Below are positions 1 through 10,488 of a stretch of DNA of 64,000 nt, piece after piece. The DNA comes from Williopsis jadinii (lineage: Eukaryota). The position numbers and the translations under genes are program-made. The stretch's first letter is position 1. Each line of letters opens with the position of its first letter. The stretch lies in contig AP024665.1 of assembly GCA_024346625.1 (NCBI GenBank), forward strand, positions 124,001 through 188,000. Direction: 5' to 3'. The notes below the pieces were generated by a model, which did no database searches, was not told the origin of the DNA, and was given only the letters and a program-made list of their open reading frames with translations.

Positions 1-895
1 GCACTTCCATCAACTTCTTAGTGGCACCAGACATGTACTTTTGGAAAGTTTGGACGTAATCCTCACTTCCATGAGTGCCATTTTGGGTTGACTTGAGCCT
101 TTCAGGAGGTAAACCAGCATCTGCACGAGCTTTGTTATGCGCATTTGTCATTATATAAGATACTGCTGCTTGAACATCAACACCTGCGTGTTTCAATGCC
201 GAGTTTGACTGTTCTGGTGTGAATCCCATATCTATAAGTTCAGCCATGGCCTGGTCAAAGGCGTCATCATTGACCTGCGGCTCTGGCTGTTGAGGTCTTG
301 GTCTGTGTGGTTTCCGTGGTGGATGATCCTGTCTCTGGGAAGGTTCTGTAGGTTGTGAGACTGGTCTTGACACTGGTTGTGATACCGGCGGTTTTGGTGG
401 AGTATCAAACACTGAGAACAACGAATCAAAGTCGTCAGCAGGTGGTACTTTGTCCTGGTTTTGAGGCTTTGGCTGAGATATTGGATTCAAATGTGTGTGC
501 GACTGTACAGATGGAGAAATAGCAGCTGGTTTAAAGTCAAAACTGTCCAAAAGATCGTTATTTTTTGAACCATTACTCTGGCCAAAACCTTCAAATAAAT
601 CACCACTTAGTGGTGGCGAAGCCACCTTATTCACAGGTTTACTCTGTGAATTTGAATGAAGTAGGTCGAACCCTTCGAATAGATCAGCTTTTGAGGGGTT
701 CACGCTCGGAATTGAACTGGAAGTCTTGTCCAATATGTCAAAATTTGACCATTGATTAACAGCTGTACCGTTAATTCCACCGCTCATGGGAGTGCTATTG
801 TTCCCTCTAAGCCTCTGTATTTCCTGTAAAGACATTGTAGACTCATCCTTCTTCTTTGAGAAGGACAACAAATCCGCAAATTGGTCCTTCGACAT
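1..895 (-). CDS. SWA2: Auxilin-like clathrin-uncoating factor, N-terminal part (runs off the window edge; not in ORF track)
   Basis: Translated by hand from ATG 895: MSKDQFADLLSFSKK..., open to position 1. Contains DLF/DLL clathrin-type motifs, DDFDSLF and a UBA domain (AELIDMGFTPEQSNSALKHAG..AAVSYI). Lies near DAD4, as in S. cerevisiae. Confidence 0.8.
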   Translation of the reverse strand, partial: MSKDQFADLLSFSKKKDESTMSLQEIQRLRGNNSTPMSGGINGTAVNQWSNFDILDKTSSSIPSVNPSKADLFEGFDLLHSNSQSKPVNKVASPPLSGDLFEGFGQSNGSKNNDLLDSFDFKPAAISPSVQSHTHLNPISQPKPQNQDKVPPADDFDSLFSVFDTPPKPPVSQPVSRPVSQPTEPSQRQDHPPRKPHRPRPQQPEPQVNDDAFDQAMAELIDMGFTPEQSNSALKHAGVDVQAAVSYIMTNAHNKARADAGLPPERLKSTQNGTHGSEDYVQTFQKYMSGATKKLMEV

Positions 896-1086
896 TGTTG
901 TTGATAGGTTTAATCCACCAATTATGGAAAATGGCTTAGAAAGAGAGTAAGACTTAAAGCCAAAGAAGCTGATCTGTCCACCGGTGCAACATCGAAATGT
1001 GGCGCGTATCATATAGCTCTACATTTGGTAATTACCTGTTTAGGATATTTGACAGAAATGGATTTTTACTGTTTTTTTTAGTAGGC

Positions 1087-1108
1087 GAAAACTTTTTCTC
1101 AGCTCATC
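1087..1108. promoter_or_regulatory. RRPE-like element plus PAC element upstream of NOP10
   Basis: GAAAACTTTTTC followed by GCTCATC (1102-1108), about 80 bp upstream of a ribosome-biogenesis gene. Confidence 0.6.
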
Positions 1109-1184
1109 ACCAAAATTCATATACTCTGTTTCTTTTCAACTTGAAACATTTGTTGAATACCTTATAGCAAATTCATTATTCACG

Positions 1185-1379
1185 ATGCATTTGATGTACA
1201 CAACTGGCGCTGATGGAAAGAGAATCTACACTCTGAAGAAGATCACGGAATCTGGTGAGATTACCAAGTCTGCCCACCCAGCTAGATTTTCTCCAGACGA
1301 CAAATACTCTAGACAAAGAGTTACTTTGAAGAAACGTTTCAACATGCTTCCAACCCAACAAGAGCCACTTAAGTACTAA
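1185..1379 (+). CDS. NOP10: H/ACA snoRNP protein Nop10
   Basis: [41 protein letters not shown] signature. Confidence 0.97.
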   Translation: MHLMYTTGADGKRIYTLKKITESGEITKSAHPARFSPDDKYSRQRVTLKKRFNMLPTQQEPLKY

Positions 1380-1726
1380 AAAGTTGTCACATATGGTTAT
1401 ATGGCATTGTTGTATCAGTAACATGGGGGTTAGTCTCTGGTTGAATATGATTTATATGCACTTAAGAGAGCATGGAACTGTAATTCGGCTCTCAAAGCAT
1501 CTATGGAATCACAACCATTACCTTCTCGAGCATTCTCCCTTGACAGTGGTATCACAAAAAGCCAACACAGTTACAAAATTTGTATAATAGAACTAATAAC
1601 ATCATTCTTTGGATTATGAACGTTTCTGGTTGTAGACTACATCGCCGTACTTTATTTTCCCGTTACCAATACCGTTAATTATCGAACCTGTCCAAAAATA
1701 TAAACTCCTTATCTACACAAGCCAGT

Positions 1727-2091
1727 TCACAGTGGCTTCTGCTTATTACCTGTTGCTTGTAAATTAAACTCTGCATTTGCCTGGTAGTTCTCCCACATCT
1801 GTGCAACCAACTCCATCTGTAAGTTGTCCTTGTTGGCCTCCTATGTATAAGTACAGTTAGTAGCCAAACATTCTGACCCCAAAGTTCAACTGTGGGGCAT
1901 CGCACAGTATACATACACGTAATGAGTTGTTCAATATCACAACGCTTTCATTCAGTCTCTCCTTTTGTCACTGATGTTAGTAAACACAAACAAAACACTC
2001 CTAAAAGGAAACCAATGTAGTAGACACTTACAACATTGTTGATTATACGAGCCAACAAGGCATTTTGTACCTGTTCATGTGGATTCTCCAT
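1727..2091 (-). CDS. DAD4: DASH/Dam1 complex subunit Dad4; join(2091..2032,1961..1917,1840..1727), 72 aa
   Basis: Spliced product MENPHEQVQNALLARIINNV/ERLNESVVILNNSLR/EANKDNLQMELVAQMWENYQANAEFNLQATGNKQKPL. Introns are GTAAGT..TACTAAC..AAG (2031-1962) and GTATGT..TACTAAC..TAG (1916-1841). Confidence 0.93.
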
Positions 2092-2322
2092 GCTTATAAT
2101 CTTGCTTCGTGGTTACCCCTGTCCCGTATCACTCAATGTTGACAGTTTATTGTTTGTTTATTTATTGATTTCGCAGTAAGATTGATGTGTATGGATAATA
2201 TCACGTGTTCGGAGTAGAACATACACGTGACTTCCAACCAGAGCCCTCTTACAACAGCATTTCCTTCAAAGAAAGGTCTTATCATTATATGTACAGAACA
2301 AAAGTAGCTATTTATATGTGTC

Positions 2323-2904
2323 TCATTTCTTCTTACCCTTTTGCTTGACTGCAAGTTTACCACCCTTTTGAACCTCCTGAACGTTCTGTCCCAAGAGCTC
2401 CAAGTAATCATCAAGCATGAAGCCGTCACCTTCACTCTTTGCTTCCTTAACTGGTTCTTCGGTCTCCTTTGCGGATGCTTCCTTCGTTTCACTCTTCTTT
2501 TCAGTCTTATTCTTGGAGTCAACTGATGATGGTTTACTAGTCTCTTCAGTATCCTCCTTAACAGCAAATTGTGCAAACTTCTGCTTGAACTTCTCTAATC
2601 TACCACCGGCGTTGGCATCGACAACTTCTAGATCGGTTCTAGTCGAGTTCCAAAGTGGAGAGTTACGCATATCTTGGATCAATCTAAGTTCATCCTTTGG
2701 ATACTGGGATCTTCTAATAACAACAGCACCGTCACTGTATTCAGTAGCACAGTTGAACTTGTAATAAATAGCTGGTCTGGCTTTTCCAAGGCCAATTTTC
2801 TTCAATGGACGTTTGTGTAAAGCACCATCAATGACATGTCCAGATGCGAAACGATGGCCTTGTGTTTGGCTGAGAAGTTTTAATGTAGGTCTCTTCATAC
2901 TCAT
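2323..2904 (-). CDS. MRPL36: Mitochondrial large-subunit ribosomal protein bL31m
   Basis: [51 protein letters not shown] motif. Start placed at ATG 2904 ([12 protein letters not shown] presequence). Confidence 0.92.
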   Translation of the reverse strand: MSMKRPTLKLLSQTQGHRFASGHVIDGALHKRPLKKIGLGKARPAIYYKFNCATEYSDGAVVIRRSQYPKDELRLIQDMRNSPLWNSTRTDLEVVDANAGGRLEKFKQKFAQFAVKEDTEETSKPSSVDSKNKTEKKSETKEASAKETEEPVKEAKSEGDGFMLDDYLELLGQNVQEVQKGGKLAVKQKGKKK

Positions 2905-3188
2905 TGTTAAGGATACCGTCACTCGTGAGAAGTGTAACAATTTCTTAGAATTACAACTGAAATCGTTGACTTTCGTACTATTCGTTTTTTTTTCCACATC
3001 CTGTCGAACGCTGTGTGTGTGGGTTTTTTTAACATTTTGACGAAAATGTTCTAAAAGGGGAAATTTGCGTGTTTTTACGCTTTTCGTTTTTCTCTTGTGC
3101 AAAACCTGCATCATTTTACGCCTATTTTTCGATTTAGGAAATCCCAATGACTGGATGCTCTTTACATTCTATCTATGATACATGTCTG

Positions 3189-4271
3189 TTATGGTTTCAA
3201 TGCACTTTGGACTCTTCTCTTTAGCTTCAACTCCAACTTGATTCTGTCCAAATCTTTAACTTTGTCCCATCTAATGCCTTTATGCAGCTTCTTACTAAGT
3301 ACAATGCCTAATGATTCCAACTTATCCTCAGGACTAGTTAAGAACTTGGTACTCCACTGTATCATTGTTTTAACTTCTTCGTTAGATAATTCTGTATGTG
3401 GGTAGTGGAGCAAGAGGTACAATACCTCACCGTTATCATCACATTCAGCGATTCTCAACTTCAGCTTCATCAAGAACAGTATGATTAAGAACGGAAACAA
3501 TTTGGAGAAATCATGGTCATAGCAAAGCATGAAATCCCAAAGCTTGACGGTGTTATCCAATCCAATCTCTCTTGAGAATGCCAGTCGGACCCATCTTATC
3601 AGCCAAACTTGTGATTCAATCTTATGGGTTTTAATCAATAGGTCGTAGAGTGGTGGATCGATCAGTCTCAGGTACTTGTTAAAGATACTAACACACCACC
3701 CAACCAGGTTATCGGAATCATAGAAGTTTGGCACGAGTGTGATCATCATGGAACTGAAAATGTTGAATGTTTGGATCTTGATCTGTGACTTGTGCAGATC
3801 AGGGTTTTCCTTGTACAACTGTAGATAAATGATCCCACATAACTCATGATACCCTTGTTTATAAGGTTGAAACCTGTTGTAGTTATACATGATCTGCAAG
3901 ATATCTTGTTTCACATGTTCTTCGTGGAATAATGGGTCTATCAACAGTCTATCGATATCCAGCTTCATCATGTCTAGAATGTCGCTATCGAAGCTTAAGG
4001 GGTCGTTCTCTGTGGAGTTTCGTACAAGTTCCTCCTTGACGTGTGAAATGTCCGTGATATCTTCTTCCTCTCCTTCCTTGGGCACTTTTAAGAGCTCGTC
4101 ATCTTTGAAGTTCAAGCCATAAGTGTTGTTACAGACGCTTTCCCACAAGAACGGCCTGGAGAAGAACGCGCAATCGGATGAATACTCGCCTTCAAGAACT
4201 GCTGCTTTCAAGAGATCAACGTTTGAGAAGCGTTGCTTTGTAAGTCTCACTTTGTCCTCTGGTGATATCAT
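3189..4271 (-). CDS. GYP6: TBC-domain Rab GTPase-activating protein
   Basis: LDIDRL..YKQGYHELCGIIYLQLY..WLIRWVRLAFSRE..LWD TBC motifs; C-terminal LELKLKRRV. First ATG is at 4271. Confidence 0.82.
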   Translation of the reverse strand: MISPEDKVRLTKQRFSNVDLLKAAVLEGEYSSDCAFFSRPFLWESVCNNTYGLNFKDDELLKVPKEGEEEDITDISHVKEELVRNSTENDPLSFDSDILDMMKLDIDRLLIDPLFHEEHVKQDILQIMYNYNRFQPYKQGYHELCGIIYLQLYKENPDLHKSQIKIQTFNIFSSMMITLVPNFYDSDNLVGWCVSIFNKYLRLIDPPLYDLLIKTHKIESQVWLIRWVRLAFSREIGLDNTVKLWDFMLCYDHDFSKLFPFLIILFLMKLKLRIAECDDNGEVLYLLLHYPHTELSNEEVKTMIQWSTKFLTSPEDKLESLGIVLSKKLHKGIRWDKVKDLDRIKLELKLKRRVQSALKP

Positions 4272-5108
4272 TCTCTTCAGAGTGCCGGACAAGACAGAAA
4301 TTACACTATACAACACCGCAAAGAATGTATAAGCACACACACAAACCAAAAAAAAAGAAATCAACTCAATAAGCAAATGTACTGTGAAGCATAAGCCTTG
4401 TCAGCAATGACTCCTCCAAGCCCAATTTGGGTGTATAAGTATGTTAGTTTGTTTTTCCTTTTTTTGGCTCAGTCTACCTCCCAAGCCAGTACACTGTTTT
4501 TTTCGCAGGTAACGTGTGATGAGAAGAGGGTGGGACGCTAACAAAAAAAGGAAACATCACCTCACAGCGCTGTGTGTCGGACCAAATTCAGCTCCGCCTG
4601 GCAAGTAATCGCTCGCCATTTCCCTCACCTGGGGAAACCTATCTCTTTCGCCTAAGAATAAACAAAAAACTCCCCAGTAGCGGTCTCTTCGGCAATTGTT
4701 TGCTTAGCATGAAATAGACTGTGGGCTCTAAGGTGAGTATTCGCCCTCCCCCGCCTTGCACCGCCTAACCTGTGCGTTCTGGGCGCGTGCAACTACCAAT
4801 TCTCTGCCTAATTTCCGTAGCGGACGAGGAAAAATTAAAAGTTCCTCAAGGACACCGGAAAAAACCACAAACTCCCATAAGCTGATGGATGCTTTTTTGG
4901 TTTTTTTCCCTTTTTAAGGCCTTCGTTTTTCCGTTGTTTTGCAGGAGTTCCTACAGATTGGAGATACTTTCCTGATTTTGTCTTCTATTCGTTGCAATTA
5001 CTTTCAATTTCAATTGCTTTCAATTGAAGATATTCTGTTTGTCTATTTGAGCCCGTCTGTCTCTGTGTGTGCGTGCCATTGATTCATTTGCTCTCCTCAG
5101 CGTACGAA

Positions 5109-6317
5109 ATGGACCCTACAAGAGCACCAGATTTTCGTCCACCATCAGCTGCGACGTCGCAGGGCCAACCGTTGGCACCATCGTCACAGATTCCTAAGGC
5201 TATTCCAATCCAGCCTCCGGTGCTGGCGGATTACCCTAACAAGTTGGATGCGCCAATTCGACCACGTACACATAGACACCATCACCATACAACGACAGCA
5301 AGCTCATCGCCACGTACCCCGATTGGTAGTGTGATCCCATTGGCGACGGAAAACTTACAGCCGTTGAGCACTGAAAACTCTGGCGAGAGTAGTAGTGACC
5401 AGGACGAGGACGCTGAGATCTCCGTATCAGACACTGACTACTACGAGGAGCCTGTGTCTGTATCTGTACCAAGAGTTCACTCCTACCAAACTGCTGACTT
5501 GGAGGAAGTTCCACACGGAATCATCAGACAGTCCAAGACTTTGGCAAATTACAAATTCCCAACGCATAGACTAATACAAAAATTGAAGAACCCGAATAAG
5601 CAGCCATTGGTCATTGTTGCATGTGGTTCGTTCTCTCCAATCACATATCTACACTTGAGAATGTTTGAGATGGCCATGGATGCCATCAGAGAACAGACGA
5701 GGTTTGAGGTACTTGGTGGTTATTACTCACCGGTGAGTGATAACTACAAGAAACGTGGGTTAGCACCAGCCTCCCATAGAGTTCGTATGTGTGAGTTGGC
5801 ATGTGAACGTACTTCTTCGTGGCTCATGGTTGATGCCTGGGAATCGCTACAGCCAACATATACAAGAACCGCAAAAGTTTTGGATCACTTTAACGAGGAA
5901 ATTAACGTTAAACGTGGAGGAGTCCTCACCGCTGACGGTACTAAGAGAGGTGTCAAGGTGATGCTTCTCGCAGGTGGTGACTTGATCGAATCCATGGGTG
6001 AACCAAACGTATGGGCTGACGATGACTTGCACCACATATTGGGACGTTACGGTTGTCTCATCGTTGAAAGAACCGGCTCAGACGTACGCTCCTTCCTTCT
6101 TAGCCATGATATCATGTACGAACATAGACACAACGTTTTGGTTATTAAGCAGCTCATTTATAACGATATATCATCTACAAAAGTGAGGCTGTTCATCAGA
6201 AGAGGTATGAGCGTACAGTATTTGTTGCCAAATAGTGTGATAAGATACATCCAAGAGCACGGTCTCTACGCTAATGAAACTGAGCCTGTAAAGCAGGTAC
6301 TAGAATCAAAGGACTGA
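5109..6317 (+). CDS. NMA1: Nicotinamide/nicotinate mononucleotide adenylyltransferase
   Basis: MDPTRAPDF start, His-tract, ACGSFSPITYLHLRMFE and ISSTKVRLFIRR motifs. Confidence 0.95.
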   Translation: MDPTRAPDFRPPSAATSQGQPLAPSSQIPKAIPIQPPVLADYPNKLDAPIRPRTHRHHHHTTTASSSPRTPIGSVIPLATENLQPLSTENSGESSSDQDEDAEISVSDTDYYEEPVSVSVPRVHSYQTADLEEVPHGIIRQSKTLANYKFPTHRLIQKLKNPNKQPLVIVACGSFSPITYLHLRMFEMAMDAIREQTRFEVLGGYYSPVSDNYKKRGLAPASHRVRMCELACERTSSWLMVDAWESLQPTYTRTAKVLDHFNEEINVKRGGVLTADGTKRGVKVMLLAGGDLIESMGEPNVWADDDLHHILGRYGCLIVERTGSDVRSFLLSHDIMYEHRHNVLVIKQLIYNDISSTKVRLFIRRGMSVQYLLPNSVIRYIQEHGLYANETEPVKQVLESKD

Positions 6318-6503
6318 GTCTTTTGTTTATTGGTTTTCCTTTCTCTTTTGTTTTTTGTTCTTCTACTGTGTTACTTCCTTCGTCTCCGTTTAGTCTCGTC
6401 TTTTACAATTCAAATACACTGTGTACTTCTTTATATATCTACATATCATTGTTAATGGAGTAATTCATTGGTGTTTCATCACTGTACAGATAATCAACTA
6501 ATT

Positions 6504-7193
6504 TCACTTCTTCGCGTAGCTCACTTGTGCCTTGACTTCTCGTATCGTCAGGTCCATATTTTCATCTTTGGCAACTGTGGCATCCTGCTCATTCTCAAAA
6601 TCAATGAATGCTACCCTTTTAACCGCAACAAGACGAACTTGTACAAACCCTTTGTAAGATTCAAACACACTGGTCAGTTCCTCTGATGTTATATCGTTTG
6701 GTAATTCCTGGATCAATAGAATCTTATTTGGTGGCACATTTTGCAAATCAACCTTGACAACTTTTGATGTTGACGACTTCTTTATCAATGATTCATCCTG
6801 CTGGGCCTTCTTCTTCTGCCTATCCTCGACATAGACGGTGAATTCTGATTCACCAAGGTGTCTTCCAACAGAGTCATCCGAGCTAGTCTTTGCCAATTGA
6901 CACTGAATTTTTTTTTGGAAAATAACGGTATCGTTTAAGCAATCTATAGCTCTTGAAGCCTTCGCCTCATCCTCAAGTGTCACGAACGCTTGACCTCTCA
7001 TTCTTATGTTCTTGTGGGCAGTTATGGACAACACAGGCCCATAAGGTGCAAACACTTCGTTCAACTTCCTCTTCAAAGTGTTCAGAGATACCTTCTCATT
7101 GATGTTGCGTACATAAACTCTGTACCCTAGTTAGTATATATGGATCTATTGTGCTATCAGACTCACTTACGTATCCTTAAAGTTATACGTCAT
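6504..7193 (-). CDS. MUD1: U1 snRNP A / U2B''-family two-RRM protein; join(7193..7171,7119..6504), 212 aa
   Basis: Spliced N-terminus MTYNFKDT/VYVRNINEKVSLNTLKRKL; RMRGQAFV RNP1; second RRM PPNKILLIQELP..VAFIDFE..VSYAKK. Intron is GTAAGT..TACTAAC..CAG, 7170-7120 (51 nt). Confidence 0.82.
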
Positions 7194-7533
7194 TAGGTGA
7201 TGCTTCCCTGTTCTAAGCTGTTCTAAGCTGTCTCATTTTGTTATGAATCTCAACCACCTTGTAACTTGTACTGTGTCACATCCAGACACCACCACTTTTC
7301 TGAAGGGGACTTCATACTGTTGGTGCTGGGGATTACTTTGATGTTCATCGTGTTAACATTATAACCATTTATACCATTATTTCATTAGTATATACCCCCA
7401 TATAAACCCCAAGCATCTCAACATTGGTAGAGCAAAGCAGCAAATACATCTCATTAAAAGCAAATTCAAAATGGGAAAAGAAAAAAAAAACATACAAACC
7501 AAACCGTAACTTACCAGAGCTCGAGCATCGACA

Positions 7534-8421
7534 TTAAGCGTGTACAGCATGTATAGGACACTCACCTGGGCCCTTCCTCTTAAACCATGCCTTAATACAC
7601 TTGTAGTGGAACACGCAAAGGCATTCCAATCGACCAACTTTATCACCGGGTTCCAGCTCTTCAAGACAAATGACACATTCCTGAGCATGTGGTAGCTTCT
7701 CATCAGTGATTGGTGCTTCCCTTGGTGAGACTATGGACGAGCCATTCGTTGAATCTGAGCATGACATTACAACGGCTTTATTGTTCGCAGGGAAAGGGAC
7801 GTAGTACACGAGCATTCTGTTGCTAACCCGGTGCTGGTCAGGGGACCCCAAAAATTCCGCTCTAGTGAGACAGTCATTAATGTGCTGTTCCCTTTCGCTG
7901 TCTCTCTTTCCTGTTAATAGCTCATTGCATACCGGGCATCGATCTCTCTCTGAGGCATCATCACCAGCACATATACCACCATCTTCCTCAACGCTGGTCT
8001 GTTGAGCAGAAATATCCTTTATGTGTCTCCTGGTGAGGTTTGGCACCTCCATCGGTAAGGTGGACTCCCGGACAAGTTCTGCTCCTTCTTCTTCACCTCC
8101 ACGACCTTCATTTGTATGTCCGCTGTCATCATTCCCCTCTCCAGCACCGCTGTGACCTGCAATAAGCCCTTCACTCATCATGAGCTCAAAGCAAAAATCA
8201 CACGTCCTATGAGGTAGATCCTCAGGCTCTGCAAAGAGATCATGGGGACTTGATATTATAGAAGCACCAGCTTCGTAAACAACCCTCCCTCTGGAGCAGT
8301 CACCGCATACAACTTTCCCACACCTACGGCAGTGGTGTCTGCGGAAGAAAAACGTATATCTCTTGTGACACAACCAGCATTCGCTAACATCTTCATCCGC
8401 TTGCCACACAATGTGTGACAT
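7534..8421 (-). CDS. PIB1: FYVE + RING-H2 E3 ubiquitin ligase
   Basis: WQADE..RRHHCRRCGKVVC FYVE domain; C-terminal ECVICLEEL..RLECLCVFHYKCI..CPIH RING-H2. Confidence 0.9.
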   Translation of the reverse strand: MSHIVWQADEDVSECWLCHKRYTFFFRRHHCRRCGKVVCGDCSRGRVVYEAGASIISSPHDLFAEPEDLPHRTCDFCFELMMSEGLIAGHSGAGEGNDDSGHTNEGRGGEEEGAELVRESTLPMEVPNLTRRHIKDISAQQTSVEEDGGICAGDDASERDRCPVCNELLTGKRDSEREQHINDCLTRAEFLGSPDQHRVSNRMLVYYVPFPANNKAVVMSCSDSTNGSSIVSPREAPITDEKLPHAQECVICLEELEPGDKVGRLECLCVFHYKCIKAWFKRKGPGECPIHAVHA

Positions 8422-8759
8422 GGTTTTTTCCTTGGTGAGCTTGATGTTTCAGCAGAAGCCCTCTGTACCACAAATGAAACGTTACTCCAGTCTGATCTCC
8501 TTGTCGGTAAACTGGTTGGCTTAGAATACTCCCTGAAACTTACACGGGGGATGCGGGGAAGGGAACATTTTTAGCGATGTGTCACAATCTTTTTATTTTC
8601 TGCTCCAGCTCAAGAGGGCCCGGGCATAAGCTCCCCTGTGATGATCTCCGCCTACAGCAGCGCTCATTCTCCGATAAGAGCCCTCATAGGCAGGACGCTA
8701 CAGTTTACAAGGTGGTGATGCGTATGTTTTACATACAAAAGGTATATTGCTAGGATGGG

Positions 8760-10256
8760 CTATCTCTCTTCACGGTCCATGTCATCCCTTCTATTCTTCT
8801 TCTTGCCGCTTTTGCCGTGTGTCTCTTGGAACTCCTTTGTGTCTCTAATGGCCTGTGCAGTGGCCTTATCCACAGTGTCGTGTAGGCTCAGGATGATATC
8901 ACGGTCAGGCACCTCTTTTGGTAGTTTCATGTTGATGACGGCCTCGATTCTCAGGATCAGTTCCAAGTCGTACTGTGTAACCAGCGACACAGACTTACCG
9001 GATCTTCCCGCCCTGGCTGTTCTACCAACTCTGTGAATATAGGCCTTAGAGTCTGTTGGGATGTCGTAGTTGATAACGGCGTCGACACTAGGAATATCTA
9101 AACCTCTGGCGGCCACGTCGGTGGCAACAAGGATATTTCTGGAGCCTGACTTGAACTTGTTTAAGGCTCCAAGTCTCTGTGCCTGTGTAAGTTGACCATG
9201 CAATGGAATGGCCTGGAACCCTAGGTTTCTGGCCAAAAGCGCCGTTCTCTGGGCATGTGCACAAGTTCTTGTAAAGATGATGATGGACTTACCAACCATT
9301 TCGTTCAGCAGGTAAATAAGATACGTATTCTTGTATCCATCTGGCACCACCATCAAAGTTTGGACCAGTGTGTCTACTGTGGCATATTTGTTCGAGACAG
9401 AAACCCTGACAGGGTTTGAGAGAGAGGCTCTTTGCAATTTTTCAATCTTGGAAGTCATTGTTGCAGAGAACAAGTAAGTGGTTCTCTCCTTCGGTATGAT
9501 CTTCAAGATCTTATCCAATACTGGACCAAATTCCAAATCCAAGAGTCTATCTGCCTCGTCCATGACGAGGAATTTCAGCGCCTTTAGAGAGAAACCTTTG
9601 GTGTTCTCCAAATGGTCCATCAAACGACCAGGTGTGGCAACAATGACATGTGGTTTACGTTGCAACGCAGTAGCTTGCTCCATCATGTTCATACCACCAA
9701 CAATGGTGGCACATCTCAACCCCATCCCGGATCCCAATGCATCAAATGTCTCTCTGATTTGGTACGCCAATTCTCTAGTTGGTGCCAACACACATGCGAA
9801 ATAAGGAGTCTGTGCGTACCAGAGTGCTTGAAGAATAGGAATGGCAAACGCAGCAGTCTTTCCCGAACCGGTCTGTGCTAATCCAATGATATCACGGCCT
9901 TCTAATCCGTACGGAATAGCTTCGCATTGGATAGGTGTTGGTTTATCAAATTTCATACCCTGACATGCCTCTAAAAGCTCTGGAATCAATTTCAAATCTG
10001 CAAAAGACTCGATTTTTGGCTTATCGTTATTCTGGTCATCATCCTTATCAGATATATCTTCCTCTTCCTCTGCAACAGGTTCTTCAACGGTACCTTTCTT
10101 CTGTGCCTTCTTCTGTGCCTTCTCTTCTTTTTCTAACTGTTGCTTCTCCAGAGCTCTCTGCTTGATCTTCTTTGCAATATCTAGCGCAGACTCCTTTTTA
10201 GCACTCTTTGTTGGCTTCTTGGTGATCTTTGAAACTTTGGAAACCTTTGTACTCAT
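8760..10256 (-). CDS. RRP3: DEAD-box rRNA helicase
   Basis: [18 protein letters not shown] and [10 protein letters not shown] motifs; C-terminal DDMDREER; divergent from SSF1. Start is 10256 or 10262. Confidence 0.92.
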   Translation of the reverse strand: MSTKVSKVSKITKKPTKSAKKESALDIAKKIKQRALEKQQLEKEEKAQKKAQKKGTVEEPVAEEEEDISDKDDDQNNDKPKIESFADLKLIPELLEACQGMKFDKPTPIQCEAIPYGLEGRDIIGLAQTGSGKTAAFAIPILQALWYAQTPYFACVLAPTRELAYQIRETFDALGSGMGLRCATIVGGMNMMEQATALQRKPHVIVATPGRLMDHLENTKGFSLKALKFLVMDEADRLLDLEFGPVLDKILKIIPKERTTYLFSATMTSKIEKLQRASLSNPVRVSVSNKYATVDTLVQTLMVVPDGYKNTYLIYLLNEMVGKSIIIFTRTCAHAQRTALLARNLGFQAIPLHGQLTQAQRLGALNKFKSGSRNILVATDVAARGLDIPSVDAVINYDIPTDSKAYIHRVGRTARAGRSGKSVSLVTQYDLELILRIEAVINMKLPKEVPDRDIILSLHDTVDKATAQAIRDTKEFQETHGKSGKKKNRRDDMDREER

Positions 10257-10386
10257 TGTCATATCCTGCTTACCACTTGCTTTAAAGATTGGTCTGATAT
10301 TTGGTTCCCATACAGAAAATTTTCCTACTAAACCTCTCTGCTCATCATAAATTTTTGATGCGTTCTTTGTTCGGCGCACTATGTGG

Positions 10387-10415
10387 TGAAAATTTTCTGC
10401 GATGAGGTGAAAATT
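10387..10415. promoter_or_regulatory. RRPE-PAC-RRPE module in the RRP3/SSF1 bidirectional promoter
   Basis: TGAAAATTTT (10387-10396), GCGATGAG (10399-10406), TGAAAATT (10408-10415). Confidence 0.85.
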
Positions 10416-10488
10416 CTCGAACCAACAATTTTTATGTCACATATCGTTTCCTTCAGGACATCGAGAAAAGTTGCAAAACCCACCAGAC

